A stretch of DNA of 64,000 nt from a virus (Duplodnaviria > Caudoviricetes): positions 4,763 through 68,762 of the IMG/VR virus record IMGVR_UViG_2974532474_000001; one strand, written 5' to 3'. This document shows, one piece after another, positions 63,624 through 64,000 of this stretch (within the stretch, counting starts at the first letter, position 1; each line of letters opens with the position of its first letter). The position numbers were made by a program, and so were the translations under genes. A model generated the notes under the pieces. The model ran no database searches and was not told the DNA's origin. It saw nothing but the letters and a program-made list of their open reading frames with translations.

Positions 63624-63945
63624 CAAGGACCAGTATCCGCTCACCCTGGACAAGCAAGCGGTGTACGTCAAAGAACGGGTGGAGGAACGCGACGGCCACC
63701 ATATCTGGCAGCTATGCCGGCACGCTAAATATGGCTACCCCCGGGGCGGCGCGCCTGTCGGTTACCGGGCAGCCACCCGGCTGGCGTGGGAGGTGGAGCA
63801 TGGCGAGAACTTGCCCACTGAAACGCTGATCCTGCCGACGTGCGAGGAACCGGCATGCGTGAACCCCGCCCACATGGTTACGTCTTCGCTGCATCCCAGC
63901 CAGTTGCCCCGCGTGCCCCGCGCGGAAAAAGCACAAGCGAGTTAA
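63607..63945 (+). CDS. Degenerate HNH-like protein
   Basis: IWQ...GY...RLAWEVEHG...ILPTCEEPACVNPAHM. Confidence 0.65.
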   Translation: MPTRFSKDQYPLTLDKQAVYVKERVEERDGHHIWQLCRHAKYGYPRGGAPVGYRAATRLAWEVEHGENLPTETLILPTCEEPACVNPAHMVTSSLHPSQLPRVPRAEKAQAS

Positions 63946-64000
63946 GATAGATCGTAAAGACCCACCATTGAATAAAAAGTGAGCATGAGGGGAAGGTGAC

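Overview
A 64 kb segment of a GC-rich actinobacterial contractile-tailed phage genome. Gene content and order resemble lytic Arthrobacter myoviruses (inference, no database search run). It starts inside a MuF head gene, so terminase and portal lie outside the window. No integrase, DNA polymerase, primase, tRNA or CRISPR array was seen. Layout: 1-23.9 kb late head, tail and lysis genes; 24.0-25.4 kb a leftward early cassette; 25.5-28.9 kb baseplate genes; 29-64 kb rightward early/middle genes (Rad50-like ATPase, YqaJ/RecE exonuclease, RecT, replication initiator with an iteron array, two DNA methyltransferases, nuclease plus SNF2 helicase, RusA, HNH, SSB, sliding clamp, about 60 small unknown ORFs). 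Main observations: (1) a MuF-papain-fold toxin fusion whose immunity gene has its own early/middle-type promoter and terminator inside the late operon; (2) three tandem very basic proteins sharing an N-terminal MPV(K/R)RxxxGRF tag; (3) a split C5 methyltransferase whose second subunit carries eight tandem LPTP modules; (4) three promoter classes readable from sequence, with fixed spacing and many leaderless starts; (5) a catalytically dead CHAP paralogue. Starts not in the ORF track were called by eye. All functional calls rest on motif recognition.
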